From positions 11,080-75,079 of the forward strand of contig CAZSTX010000003.1 of assembly GCA_964610025.1 (NCBI GenBank): a DNA stretch of 64,000 bases, read 5' to 3'. Each line of letters opens with the position of its first letter. Positions within the stretch are counted from its first letter, which is position 1. This stretch comes from an uncultured Lentimicrobiaceae bacterium (GTDB taxonomy: Bacteria > Bacteroidota > Bacteroidia > Bacteroidales > WCHB1-69). Both the position numbers and the translations under genes were made by a program. Shown here piece by piece: positions 21,261-30,841 of this stretch. The notes beneath the pieces were generated by a model that was not told where the DNA came from, did no database searches, and saw nothing but the letters and a program-made list of their open reading frames with translations.

Positions 21261-22253
21261 TCAATCCCTGACACAACGAACAGAAAAACCATCTTCTTTA
21301 CTATAATAATTTCTGACTACATTACCATAATCATAATTCATATAACGATACCAAGCACTATCTGTATCAAACTCTGTTGCATTCCACCAACAACCATAAT
21401 AGCCAAGAGAGTAAAATTTACCATCGTTACCACGATAAGCACTTGGCAAAGCCGTAAAGCCGCTTTCATTAGTTGCACCGGTATTAGGGCTATTCCAATG
21501 CGTTATACCAACCTCTTTTAACTTACCTCCTGCAATAAGTTCACCTCCCAAATAATTAATTAATTGTGTCCATTCGGGATCAGTCGAAACATGCCAACCT
21601 GTAGGGCAGAGCTTATCGGTATTTACTGCATACCAATTATACAAACGTCCATAAGTTGCTACTTTATTTTGATCATTTTCATAATCACAATATGCTCCAG
21701 TTGTTAAACTTATCCATTTAATATCATCACTTATTTTTGGGATAGATATGCCGTCCTTGTATTTGGTAGTTTTTAGGTTTTCAGCCATCCATGTTTGTGT
21801 ACCAATAGTTACCGTTTTGTAAACGTTGCCATCAATATCGGTCATTGTTCCATAATTAATATTAGGATTAAACACAATATCTTCAAGTGTTACAAACGAG
21901 ATTTCATTGCCATATGCCGTTCCTTTACTATTAGTGGCATAAGCTCGTACATAATAAGTTGTATTTGTTTTTAAATCTGAAATGGTACTTGTAAAACTAC
22001 CTACTCCACTGCCATCTACGGTTTTATTATCGGCAATTGTAGGATTTGGGTTGGTACTCCAACACACTCCACGCTCTGTTACTGTTGCACCACCATCATT
22101 AGAAATATCACCTCCACTCATTGCGGTAGTTAAGGTTATTTCTGTTATTTTCTTCGTTGTTAATGTGGGTGTTTTATCACAATTTGTTAGCAAAAATACT
22201 AAGAGAAGGGAAAAAATTGTTGCTTGCAAGCATTTTCTAATTTTCTTTTTCAT
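21261..22253 (-). CDS. lipoprotein: one Fn3/Ig-like repeat + Fibrobacter succinogenes major paralogous (FISUMP) domain
   Basis: 330 aa. Lipobox LLTNC. Repeat GGxISxDGGxxxxxRGVCWSTxxxPTIxxxKT...NTTYYVRAYATNxxGTAYGN. FISUMP signature DGNVYKTVTIGTQTWMAENLK...YGRLYNW...CPTGWH.....EW..L...GGKLK...W......TNESGF.ALP...R..GFSVRCV. Confidence 0.85.
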   Translation of the reverse strand: MKKKIRKCLQATIFSLLLVFLLTNCDKTPTLTTKKITEITLTTAMSGGDISNDGGATVTERGVCWSTNPNPTIADNKTVDGSGVGSFTSTISDLKTNTTYYVRAYATNSKGTAYGNEISFVTLEDIVFNPNINYGTMTDIDGNVYKTVTIGTQTWMAENLKTTKYKDGISIPKISDDIKWISLTTGAYCDYENDQNKVATYGRLYNWYAVNTDKLCPTGWHVSTDPEWTQLINYLGGELIAGGKLKEVGITHWNSPNTGATNESGFTALPSAYRGNDGKFYSLGYYGCWWNATEFDTDSAWYRYMNYDYGNVVRNYYSKEDGFSVRCVRD

Positions 22254-22396
22254 TTTTTTTTATTTTAAAGTATATAAAAGTTCTTTTTATTTTTTTATAT
22301 TGCAAAGATAAAATTTTTGGACTTATCTTACTATCCAGAATTTATTAGGAACATTACACTCCTTTCGGTTTCGTTTAGAGTGCAGTAATACAAAAC

Positions 22397-23656
22397 TTAA
22401 TTTTTTACGCAACGAGCAGAAAGTCCCCAATGTGTATTTAAATCCTCTTTCTTTACATTGTTAACATGGTGGAACATGGTAATAGCAAATGCTATTTTAC
22501 AAGCACCACAGCCTGTCTTTGTCCACCAATAACCGCGGGATCTCATATAGATAAACTTATTCTCATCATGGTAGCCACCCGGAAGTGCTGTAAAACCGGT
22601 TTCGTTGGTTGCGCCAGCATTAGGATTATACCAATGCGTTGTGTCGGTTTCTTTTAACTTGCCCCCAGCAACGCTTAAGCCTCCCAAATAATCGATTAAT
22701 TTTTCCCATTCATCAAGAAAAGGCATATGCCAGCCTGTTGGACAAATCTTGTCGCTAATAGCATACCAATTATACAAGGCTCCATAGGTATCTTTTGCAT
22801 GTTGGCTATTGCTGTACCAGCAATAGCTTGGAGTAGTAATATTTGCCCACAAAGTGATTTCATTAGGAATTTCTGTTCCATCATTGTATTTCGTAGTTTT
22901 TAAGTTTTCAGCCATCCATGTTTGTGTGCCAATAGTTACCGTTTTATAAACATTGCCATCAATATCGATTACTTTATCTTTTTCTTCTTTAAGTGTTGTA
23001 AACGAGAGAACATTTCCATATCCTGTTCCTACATTATTAGTGGCATAGGCTCGTACATAATAAGTTGTATTGGCTGTTAAGTGTGTAGCATAACTTGTAA
23101 AAGCACCTACTCCACTACTATCTATTGTTTTATTATTAGCAATTGTAGGTTTTGAATGGGTACTCCAACACACTCCTTGTTCTATTATTGCTGCACCTCC
23201 ATCACTTGAAATATTACCACCACTTTTTGCTGTAGCATGAGTTATTACTGTTATTTTGTCTGTTGTTACTATAGGAATTTTATTATTTTCAATTATAAAC
23301 GAGATTTCATTACCATATGCCGTTCCTTTACTATTAGTAGCATATGAACGTAGATAATAAGTTGTATTGATAGTTAAACCCGTAATAACACTTGTAAAAC
23401 TACCTACTCCACTGCCATTTATGGTTTTCTTATCGGCAATTGTAGGATTTGGGTTGGTACTCCAACATACTCCTCTTTCTGTTATTACTGTACCACCATC
23501 ATTAGAAATATCGCCTCCACTCTTTGCGGTAGTTAAGGTTATTTCTGTTATTTTCTTCGTTGTTAATGTGGGTGTTTTATCACAATTTGTTAGCAAAAAT
23601 ACTGAGAAAAGAGAAAAAATTGTTACTTGCAAACATTTTCTAATTTTCTTTTTCAT
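22397..23656 (-). CDS. lipoprotein paralog: two Fn3/Ig-like repeats + FISUMP domain
   Basis: 419 aa. Same signal peptide, lipobox and first repeat as 21261-22253, including a 78-nt identical block. It has an extra internal repeat and a diverged FISUMP domain ending GLSARCVKN. Confidence 0.85.
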   Translation of the reverse strand: MKKKIRKCLQVTIFSLFSVFLLTNCDKTPTLTTKKITEITLTTAKSGGDISNDGGTVITERGVCWSTNPNPTIADKKTINGSGVGSFTSVITGLTINTTYYLRSYATNSKGTAYGNEISFIIENNKIPIVTTDKITVITHATAKSGGNISSDGGAAIIEQGVCWSTHSKPTIANNKTIDSSGVGAFTSYATHLTANTTYYVRAYATNNVGTGYGNVLSFTTLKEEKDKVIDIDGNVYKTVTIGTQTWMAENLKTTKYNDGTEIPNEITLWANITTPSYCWYSNSQHAKDTYGALYNWYAISDKICPTGWHMPFLDEWEKLIDYLGGLSVAGGKLKETDTTHWYNPNAGATNETGFTALPGGYHDENKFIYMRSRGYWWTKTGCGACKIAFAITMFHHVNNVKKEDLNTHWGLSARCVKN

Positions 23657-23811
23657 TTTTTTTATTTTAAAGTATATAAAAAATATTTTTTCTTTTTTTT
23701 TGCAAAATTAAACATTTTTTAAATATTACATTTTTTTTTATAACTGTTTTTTCTTAAAATCAACATTTTCTTTTAATTCTTTACAGCCATATACAATATT
23801 TTCGATATCCA

Positions 23812-24378
23812 TTATAAGACTTCCTTTAGCATACTACTATAAGCGGCTGCCTTATCGACTAAGGATTTAGGGTAAGCACGTGAGGTAGAAGGCAAACGAT
23901 ACCAACGCATTTTTCTATCAAGATAATTAAAATGAGTTGGCTCGTTAAAAGTAGGTGCTTTTTCATTTAAAATAGAAGATAAAATTTCAGTAGCCTTTCC
24001 GCCAGTAGTAGCTATTGCATAACAAGAAGGCAATAGCAATAAAGTGGCTGATAAGTCTATTGTTTCTAATACTTCTAAAAAATTATCGGAGGAATTATTT
24101 TTAGTTCTATGCACTTTTATTGCTGTATCTCCTAAGGCAATTCGTTTTTCTTCTAAGAAAGCAATTATTTTATCTTTATCAAAGGCTTTTTGAGATGGGA
24201 TTAAAAAATGATTTTTATCATTAAAAAACACCAACCCCATAATACGCCACATATCGTTTTGTAAATTAGGATAATAAAAATCTATTGACCAGCGATTTTT
24301 AGTTGGTGGAAAACTTCCTAATAATAAAACTTTAGCTTTTTTTGGCAAGAAAAACGGGAGTGGATGCAATTCAAACAT
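23812..24378 (-). CDS. uracil-DNA glycosylase superfamily protein (hypoxanthine/deoxyinosine glycosylase-like)
   Basis: 188 aa with LLLGSFPP....W..DFYYPN.QNDMWRIMG near the N-terminus and LPSTSRAYP near the C-terminus. Confidence 0.7.
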   Translation of the reverse strand: MFELHPLPFFLPKKAKVLLLGSFPPTKNRWSIDFYYPNLQNDMWRIMGLVFFNDKNHFLIPSQKAFDKDKIIAFLEEKRIALGDTAIKVHRTKNNSSDNFLEVLETIDLSATLLLLPSCYAIATTGGKATEILSSILNEKAPTFNEPTHFNYLDRKMRWYRLPSTSRAYPKSLVDKAAAYSSMLKEVL

Positions 24379-24454
24379 AAGATTGTTTTTAATGAAAAAA
24401 AGTTGCCTGCATTAATCAACAAGCAACTTTTTCTGTATCAATAAATATAAGGAT

Positions 24455-25705
24455 TTATTTTAATTCATGTATCACTAAGCCTGAACGTAATTTGGGTTCG
24501 AACCAAGTTGTTTTGGGAGGCATAATATTTCCTGTATCGGCTATATTAATAAGTTGTTGCATAGAAACAGGATACAAAGCAAAAGCCACAGTCATTTCGC
24601 CACTGTCAACACGTCGTTTCAATTCTCCTAATCCTCTTATTCCTCCTATAAAATCGATACGCTTTGAAGTTCTTAAATCTTTAATACCCAAAATATTATC
24701 TAATACTAAATTGGATAATATCGTAACATCTAATACACCAATAGGGTCGCTATCGTCAAAAGTGGAAGGTTTAGCGACTAAACGGTACCATTTTCCATCG
24801 ATATACATACTAAACTCATGCAATTTGGCTGGTCTATAAATATCTTTTCCGATTTCTTCAACATCGAAAGAGTGTTTTAGTTTATCTATAAATTCTTCTT
24901 TTGACAGACCATTTAAATCTTTTATTACTCGGTTGTAATCTATGATTTTCAATTGATTATCAGGAAAAATAACGGTCATAAAATAATTATACTCTTCTTT
25001 TCCTGTATGATTTTTATTTTTTGCTTTTTGTTCTTGTCCTACCAATGCTGCGGCAGCTGTACGGTGGTGTCCATCGGCTACGTATAAACGTGGAATTTCT
25101 TTTTCAAAAATATCTACGACACGTTGTATGATTGCTTTATCGCTTACTACCCAAAGAGTATGGCCAAAACCTTCATCAGCAACAAAGTCATATACAGGCT
25201 TTTGTGTAGCTACTACATTAGCAACGATAGCATCTATATTCTTATTAGCTGGGTAAGTAAAAAATACAGGTTCAACATTGGCATTTGTAATACGTATATG
25301 CATCATACGGTCTTCTTCTTTTTCTTTCAGAGTGAGTTCGTGTTTTTTTATTTTTTCACTCACATAATCGTCAGTATGTGAACAAGTTAATATTCCGTAC
25401 TGTGTTCTTCCATCCATGGTTTGAGCATAGATATACAAATTTTCTTGTTCATCTTGAATCAACCATTTGTTAGCTTTAAATTTATTATAATTTTCTAGTA
25501 CTTTATCATAGACTTCTTGGCTATGCTCATCTGTTCCTACCGGAAGGTTTATTTCTGCTTTTGTTATATGTAATAGAGAATACGGATTATTAGCAGCTTC
25601 TACACGAGCTTCTTCCGAATTCAACACGTCATAAGGACGAGATGCTAATTGTTTAACAATTTCTTTTGGTGGACGTAATCCTTTGAAAGGTTTTATGATT
25701 GCCAT
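24455..25705 (-). CDS. DUF1015 family protein
   Basis: 416 aa. The N-terminus MAIIKPFKGLRPPKE...SRPYDVL and the ADGHHR motif are typical of DUF1015. Confidence 0.75.
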   Translation of the reverse strand: MAIIKPFKGLRPPKEIVKQLASRPYDVLNSEEARVEAANNPYSLLHITKAEINLPVGTDEHSQEVYDKVLENYNKFKANKWLIQDEQENLYIYAQTMDGRTQYGILTCSHTDDYVSEKIKKHELTLKEKEEDRMMHIRITNANVEPVFFTYPANKNIDAIVANVVATQKPVYDFVADEGFGHTLWVVSDKAIIQRVVDIFEKEIPRLYVADGHHRTAAAALVGQEQKAKNKNHTGKEEYNYFMTVIFPDNQLKIIDYNRVIKDLNGLSKEEFIDKLKHSFDVEEIGKDIYRPAKLHEFSMYIDGKWYRLVAKPSTFDDSDPIGVLDVTILSNLVLDNILGIKDLRTSKRIDFIGGIRGLGELKRRVDSGEMTVAFALYPVSMQQLINIADTGNIMPPKTTWFEPKLRSGLVIHELK

Positions 25706-25740
25706 ATTTTTAAAATTATATTTATATAGTTAATTAATTG

Positions 25741-25891
25741 ATTTTCAATGAAAAAATTTATTATTTTAGGATATGCAAAAATACAAAATAATTCAATGAA
25801 ATAAAAGGTATTTCGTAAATTGTTATCACAAATAAAAAGAATTTAATTCAATGAAATAAAAACCTACAATTATTTAAGAATCATTGAATTT
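25741..25891. repeat. cluster of TTCAATGA-containing repeats in the DUF1015 upstream region
   Basis: Perfect 18-nt direct repeat TAATTCAATGAAATAAAA at 25789-25806 and 25844-25861. There is a partial copy at 25741-25756 and an inverted partial copy (AATCATTGAATTT) at 25879-25891. A minus-strand -7 box (CAAAAATA) lies at 25776-25783. Confidence 0.6.
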
Positions 25892-25920
25892 AATCTATAT
25901 TACTTCCTGTTCTTAGAAGT

Positions 25921-26265
25921 TTACTTTAACTTATTATTTATTGGAATAACAACAGTTGGCTGGAATGTTTTTGCTTCTTCTACTGTCATCATTGCATATG
26001 AAATAATTATAACAGTATCTCCTACAACGGCTTTACGAGCTGCCGCACCATTTAAGCATATTATCCCACTATTAGGCTCGCCCTCTATTACATACGTCTC
26101 TATTCTCTCTCCATTATTAATATTGAGGACTTGTACTATTTCAAATTCTATTAAATTGGCAGCTTTCATTAATGTTTTATCAATAGTAATACTTCCTTTA
26201 TAGTGAATATTAGCTTCTGTTATTATCGCTCCATGAATTTTTGATTTTAACAGATTTATTTGCAT
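25921..26265 (-). CDS. panD: aspartate 1-decarboxylase
   Basis: 114 aa with [24 protein letters not shown] (Gly-Ser self-processing site). Confidence 0.96.
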   Translation of the reverse strand: MQINLLKSKIHGAIITEANIHYKGSITIDKTLMKAANLIEFEIVQVLNINNGERIETYVIEGEPNSGIICLNGAAARKAVVGDTVIIISYAMMTVEEAKTFQPTVVIPINNKLK

Positions 26266-26277
26266 TGCCTTATTTTT

Positions 26278-27114
26278 TTACAGTTCTAAATTATCAATTA
26301 ATCGTATATTATCTATATAGACTGCTATGCACAGAATGTTTTTTTCAGTTTCATTGAAAAAATGCAGTGGCATTAAAGTTTCAGCGTCTACAATTTTTGC
26401 ATATTCTAGCTTTAAGAAGGATTGTTGTTGAAATTGAGCAACAATCCATTGTTCTATTTCGGCAGGTAATAATTTGTATTTTAATTTTTTAGCTTCATTC
26501 ATTATTTTATAAATAAAACTAGCTTTTTCTTTTTTATCTTCTGTCAATAGCATATTACGAGAGCTAAAAGCCAACCCATTGCTTTCTCTAACAGTATCGA
26601 CCAGCACAAGTTGTATAGGAAAAGAATATAAATCTATCAATTTCTTTACTATTAGTGCTTGTTGATAGTCTTTTTTACCAAAAAAAGCTATATCAGGGTT
26701 TATAATTTCAAATAAACGTTTTACGACTTGAACAACTCCATTAAAATGCCCTTTGCGGTATTCTCCCTCCATTGTCTTGTCTAAGTGTCCAAAATCATAA
26801 TTATCTGTAGGCGGGATTGGATATATTTCGTTAATTGTAGGAATAAATACACTGTCGCATACATCTTCTATAAAAACAATGTCTTGCTCTACATTGCGAG
26901 GATATTTTTTTAGATCTTCGGGATTATTAAATTGTGTTGGATTTATAAAAATACTTCCTACTACAACATCTACACTTTGCTTTGCTTTTTGAAATAAAGC
27001 ATAGTGTCCTTTATGCAAAGCACCCATCGTTGGCACAAAACCTATCGTTTTGTTTTGTGCTTTCAACTCATATATGGTTGCTTTTATATCTTTTGCTTTA
27101 TGTAAGATTTTCAT
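26278..27114 (-). CDS. panC: pantoate-beta-alanine ligase
   Basis: 278 aa with GFVPTMGALHKGH (HIGH-like) and FGKKDYQQ motifs. Confidence 0.96.
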   Translation of the reverse strand: MKILHKAKDIKATIYELKAQNKTIGFVPTMGALHKGHYALFQKAKQSVDVVVGSIFINPTQFNNPEDLKKYPRNVEQDIVFIEDVCDSVFIPTINEIYPIPPTDNYDFGHLDKTMEGEYRKGHFNGVVQVVKRLFEIINPDIAFFGKKDYQQALIVKKLIDLYSFPIQLVLVDTVRESNGLAFSSRNMLLTEDKKEKASFIYKIMNEAKKLKYKLLPAEIEQWIVAQFQQQSFLKLEYAKIVDAETLMPLHFFNETEKNILCIAVYIDNIRLIDNLEL

Positions 27115-28132
27115 CTTTTTCTCTTATCTCTGTAATAATTTTCTTACTGTTATTGCTTAAAGTAATATTTTTTTTTGCAATTATCATTTCATAAAATATA
27201 AATGCCATAGATGTTATAATAAACATAAACAATGAAATAATGATAGCTGTTTTCATAGAATGTGGATATGATTTATCTTTGCTGGGATAGGGATATAAAA
27301 TTATACTTAAAAATTCATTTTTCTTTAATATATTTACATTTACAGCATCATATTTTATTTGTAATTCATTTCGCTGCGACACTAAGGCATATAATTCTTG
27401 CTGAGTGGCTATAGCTAAAGGTCCCTTTTCTTCGATATTGGTTTTCATTTTTTTAAGGGCTTCTTTGTTTACTATATGCGAACCTTCATTCGTCCCCAAA
27501 TAGCCTTTGGTAACTTCTACTCCTTGCAGGGTTTGCATTATTAATTCATGATTTACTCCAAAAGCAACTAACTTATCAACAATAGAATCTATTTGAATAT
27601 TTTTACTATCAATTGCTTTTTGTAAAGCAAGCAAATTTAATTTATATGTTTTTTTTATATCATTTTCTATTTTTTCATTAAGCAAAACAGGTATTTCTTT
27701 AGCTATTTCACAAGCTATCAAAGGGTCTTTATCTAAGACTTCGAGAACGATGTTGCCGTAGAATTTATTGAGTGTAATTTCAACATTTTCGTCATATTTA
27801 TCTAATATAGCAATAATATCATTTGAAATATTGTACCTTTCTAAATAGTTATATTTAGTAGCAATAGCTTGCTTAATGTCGTTAGCCTCACACCACAGCA
27901 TTAATTGTTTAACGGGAGTTTCGTCTGATTTTGGCGCAACATTATTCGGATAAAATGCTACTGTAGATTTATACAATGGTGTTATAAACAAAGAAGAAGT
28001 AAAAAACATACTTGCTATAAAAGAAATCGCAACAATACCCAGTATCCAATATTTTCTTTTCCAAATAATAGCAATACATTTTACTATATCTATTAAATAA
28101 ATATCTTCATCTTTTATTTTTTTATTTTTCAT
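27098..28132 (-). CDS. Wzz/polysaccharide co-polymerase-like membrane protein
   Basis: 344 aa. One TM follows the N-terminal Wzz-like segment (IDIVKCIAIIWKRKYWILGIVAISFIASMFF..PLYKSTV). Then come a long helical periplasmic region and a C-terminal TM. Its 3' end overlaps the panC start by 17 nt. Confidence 0.6.
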   Translation of the reverse strand: MKNKKIKDEDIYLIDIVKCIAIIWKRKYWILGIVAISFIASMFFTSSLFITPLYKSTVAFYPNNVAPKSDETPVKQLMLWCEANDIKQAIATKYNYLERYNISNDIIAILDKYDENVEITLNKFYGNIVLEVLDKDPLIACEIAKEIPVLLNEKIENDIKKTYKLNLLALQKAIDSKNIQIDSIVDKLVAFGVNHELIMQTLQGVEVTKGYLGTNEGSHIVNKEALKKMKTNIEEKGPLAIATQQELYALVSQRNELQIKYDAVNVNILKKNEFLSIILYPYPSKDKSYPHSMKTAIIISLFMFIITSMAFIFYEMIIAKKNITLSNNSKKIITEIREKDENLT

Positions 28133-28245
28133 TTATCAAATAATTTACTCAATATCAAATTTTTAAAATAAATTAACACCTTTATAGTATTGGCTGCAAA
28201 AGTACTTATTTATTTAATATATTTTGGTATTTATTATTAAATCTT

Positions 28246-29631
28246 TTATAGTTCTGGTATGTCTATTTCAAAAGTAATATTTTTCTTATCACAATGCTGG
28301 ACGCAACTATTGCATGTTATCATTTCTCCTGCCAATCTTTTTCTCACTAAACGCTCTGTACGTTCAGACAAGGCTTTTATACTTATTTTATCTACAATTT
28401 CTTTTGCAAAAGCATACATTAGTAATAATCTTGCATTTTGCCTGCAAATGCCACGTGTACGCAAATAAAACATTGCATTGTCATCTAATTGTCCTACTGT
28501 CGATCCATGGCTACATTTGACATCATCAGTATAAATTTCTAAGAAAGGCTTGGTAGTAACTTTGGCTTCGTCTGTCAATAAAATATTACGATTGGTTTGA
28601 CGAGCTTCTGTTTTAACAGCATCTTTTTCTACATACACATGACCGATAAAATGTGCTTTGGCACTATCGTCTATAATTCCTTTATATAATTGATTGCTTA
28701 CACATTCAGGAGCATTATGTTTGATGTATAAGGCATTTGAAATCTCTTGTTTTTTATCTACTAAATACAAACCATTCGTATTTATTTCAGCTTTAGGTTC
28801 AGTCAAATTTACTGCTATTGTATTGTGTACTAATCCGCCATTAAACACTGTAGTATTAGTATTTACGACACTGCTTTCTTCTTGATGTATTAAAAGATGA
28901 TTGATAAGTGTTGTTTGATTGTCTTTATTTTCCAATTTAAAATAATCGCATTGTGCCGATTTTCCTACATATATTTCTGTAACAGTATTAATAAGTGTTT
29001 CTTTACTTTCAATAGAATCATCACAATGTACTATTTTTACAGAAGCATTATTTCCAACAGAGATAACATTTCTGGGTTGTATTAATATATTTTCGTTTGC
29101 ATTAACAATATATACAATTTGAATAGGGCGTTTAACATGCACATTATCGGGAATATAAGCAAAAAAACCATCTTTCCAAGAAGCTAAGTTAAATTCTGTT
29201 AACCCATTAAAATAGTCTTTATTTTTCCCTAAACATGCTGCCACTAAATCGGGAAAACGTACTATCGCTTCGCACAAGCTGCCAAAAATAGACCCATCGG
29301 GAAAAATTGTTAGTGGCGCATTATGATGTATGTACCACCCATTTAAAAAAGCAAACATTTCAGCATTTATATCTTGGGTCGAACACTGAAAGTAATTTTC
29401 TATTGGTTGATATTCGTCTGCTCTTTTTTGAACAATAAACTTTTTACTTTTAATAATATTATTCCAATTTACATCTCGCCAAATTTCCGATTTTTTATCA
29501 TACATTCCTAATTCTCGAAATTTATTAGCTGCTTCGTTACGCTGCTTTGAGAAAAAGTCTAAATCTTTATTATTATCAAATAAAGGTAAATATTGTAAAA
29601 AATAGTGATTTATATCTGCTAATGTTACCAT
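28246..29631 (-). CDS. sufD: Fe-S cluster assembly protein SufD
   Basis: Start trimmed to MVTLADINHYF (ATG 29629-29631). The beta-helix core ends in ...KPFLEIYTDDVKCSHGSTVGQLDDNAMFYLRTRGI..ARLLLMYAF. There is a C-terminal extra segment with CNSCVQHC. Confidence 0.8.
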   Translation of the reverse strand: MVTLADINHYFLQYLPLFDNNKDLDFFSKQRNEAANKFRELGMYDKKSEIWRDVNWNNIIKSKKFIVQKRADEYQPIENYFQCSTQDINAEMFAFLNGWYIHHNAPLTIFPDGSIFGSLCEAIVRFPDLVAACLGKNKDYFNGLTEFNLASWKDGFFAYIPDNVHVKRPIQIVYIVNANENILIQPRNVISVGNNASVKIVHCDDSIESKETLINTVTEIYVGKSAQCDYFKLENKDNQTTLINHLLIHQEESSVVNTNTTVFNGGLVHNTIAVNLTEPKAEINTNGLYLVDKKQEISNALYIKHNAPECVSNQLYKGIIDDSAKAHFIGHVYVEKDAVKTEARQTNRNILLTDEAKVTTKPFLEIYTDDVKCSHGSTVGQLDDNAMFYLRTRGICRQNARLLLMYAFAKEIVDKISIKALSERTERLVRKRLAGEMITCNSCVQHCDKKNITFEIDIPEL

Positions 29632-29785
29632 AAAAAAGATTTTCTTATTTTCTTTTATGTTTTTATTACAAATGCAAAAGTACATTAAATTTAAAGACAA
29701 TTTATCATTATTCACACTAAATAAATTCTATTTTATCTTATTATTATTTATAAAAATTCACTACTTTTGTAAAAAATTAATAATA

Positions 29786-30841
29786 ATGATTGAAAATACT
29801 AAAACAACTCCTCTCTCAGCATATGGAGAGTTTGGACTAATAGAGTTATTAACAAAAAATATTCAAATTAAAAATAAGAGTACACTATTAGGTGTTGGAG
29901 ACGATGCCGCTATCATAGACACTCAAGGACGTTGTCAAGTTGTTGCTAAAGATATGCTGATAGAAGGTATACATTTCGACATGAGTTACACCCCATTAAA
30001 ACATTTAGGATATAAATCAATTGCCAGCAATTTGTCAGACATTGCCGCTATGAATGCTACACCTGAACAAGTGCTCGTTGGGATAGCTGCTTCAAGTCGC
30101 TATACAGTAGAAGCTATTGAAGAACTATACGAAGGTATTTATTTGTGTTGCAATCGTTATGGTGTCGATTTAGTGGGTGGCGACACCTGTTCAAGTGTAA
30201 GTGGTTTATATATTAGTGTAACTGTAATGGGATATGGAGCCCCTGATCAAATTGTGAGACGTAACACAGCTAAAACAAATGATTTAATATGCGTTAGTGG
30301 AGATTTGGGAGCTGCTTATTTAGGATTACTTATCTTAGAACGTGAAAAAAAAGTATTTATGGAAAATCCAAACAGTCAACCTGATTTAGAAGATTTCGAT
30401 TATCTTATACAACGTCAATTAAAGCCAGAGCCACGTTTAGATATTGTTGATATTCTTAAGAAAAAAAACATTCTTCCTACTTCTATGATTGATATTTCAG
30501 ACGGTTTAGCATCTGAAATTTTACATATTTGCAAAAATTCTAAAAAAGGATGTGCACTTTTTGAAGACAAACTCCCTATCGACACCTTGACATATAATAC
30601 TGCTATGGATTTTAAACTCATACCCTCTACGATTGCTCTAAATGGAGGAGAAGATTATGAATTACTGTTTACTGTTGGGCAAGAGCATTACGAAACTATT
30701 CGGCAAATAGAAGCTATTTCTATTATTGGCTATATTACAGAAGAAAGCGAAGGGTGTAATTTTATTTCTAACGACAAAAAATCAATACCAATCAATGCAC
30801 AAGGTTGGGATGCCTACTTAAAAAAAACAACACCTAAATGA
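29786..30841 (+). CDS. thiL: thiamine-monophosphate kinase
   Basis: Start trimmed to MIENTKTTPLSAYGEFGLIELL (ATG 29786). Motifs GVGDDAAI and LVGGDT are present. A TACTTTTG box lies about 20 nt upstream. Confidence 0.92.
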   Translation: MIENTKTTPLSAYGEFGLIELLTKNIQIKNKSTLLGVGDDAAIIDTQGRCQVVAKDMLIEGIHFDMSYTPLKHLGYKSIASNLSDIAAMNATPEQVLVGIAASSRYTVEAIEELYEGIYLCCNRYGVDLVGGDTCSSVSGLYISVTVMGYGAPDQIVRRNTAKTNDLICVSGDLGAAYLGLLILEREKKVFMENPNSQPDLEDFDYLIQRQLKPEPRLDIVDILKKKNILPTSMIDISDGLASEILHICKNSKKGCALFEDKLPIDTLTYNTAMDFKLIPSTIALNGGEDYELLFTVGQEHYETIRQIEAISIIGYITEESEGCNFISNDKKSIPINAQGWDAYLKKTTPK

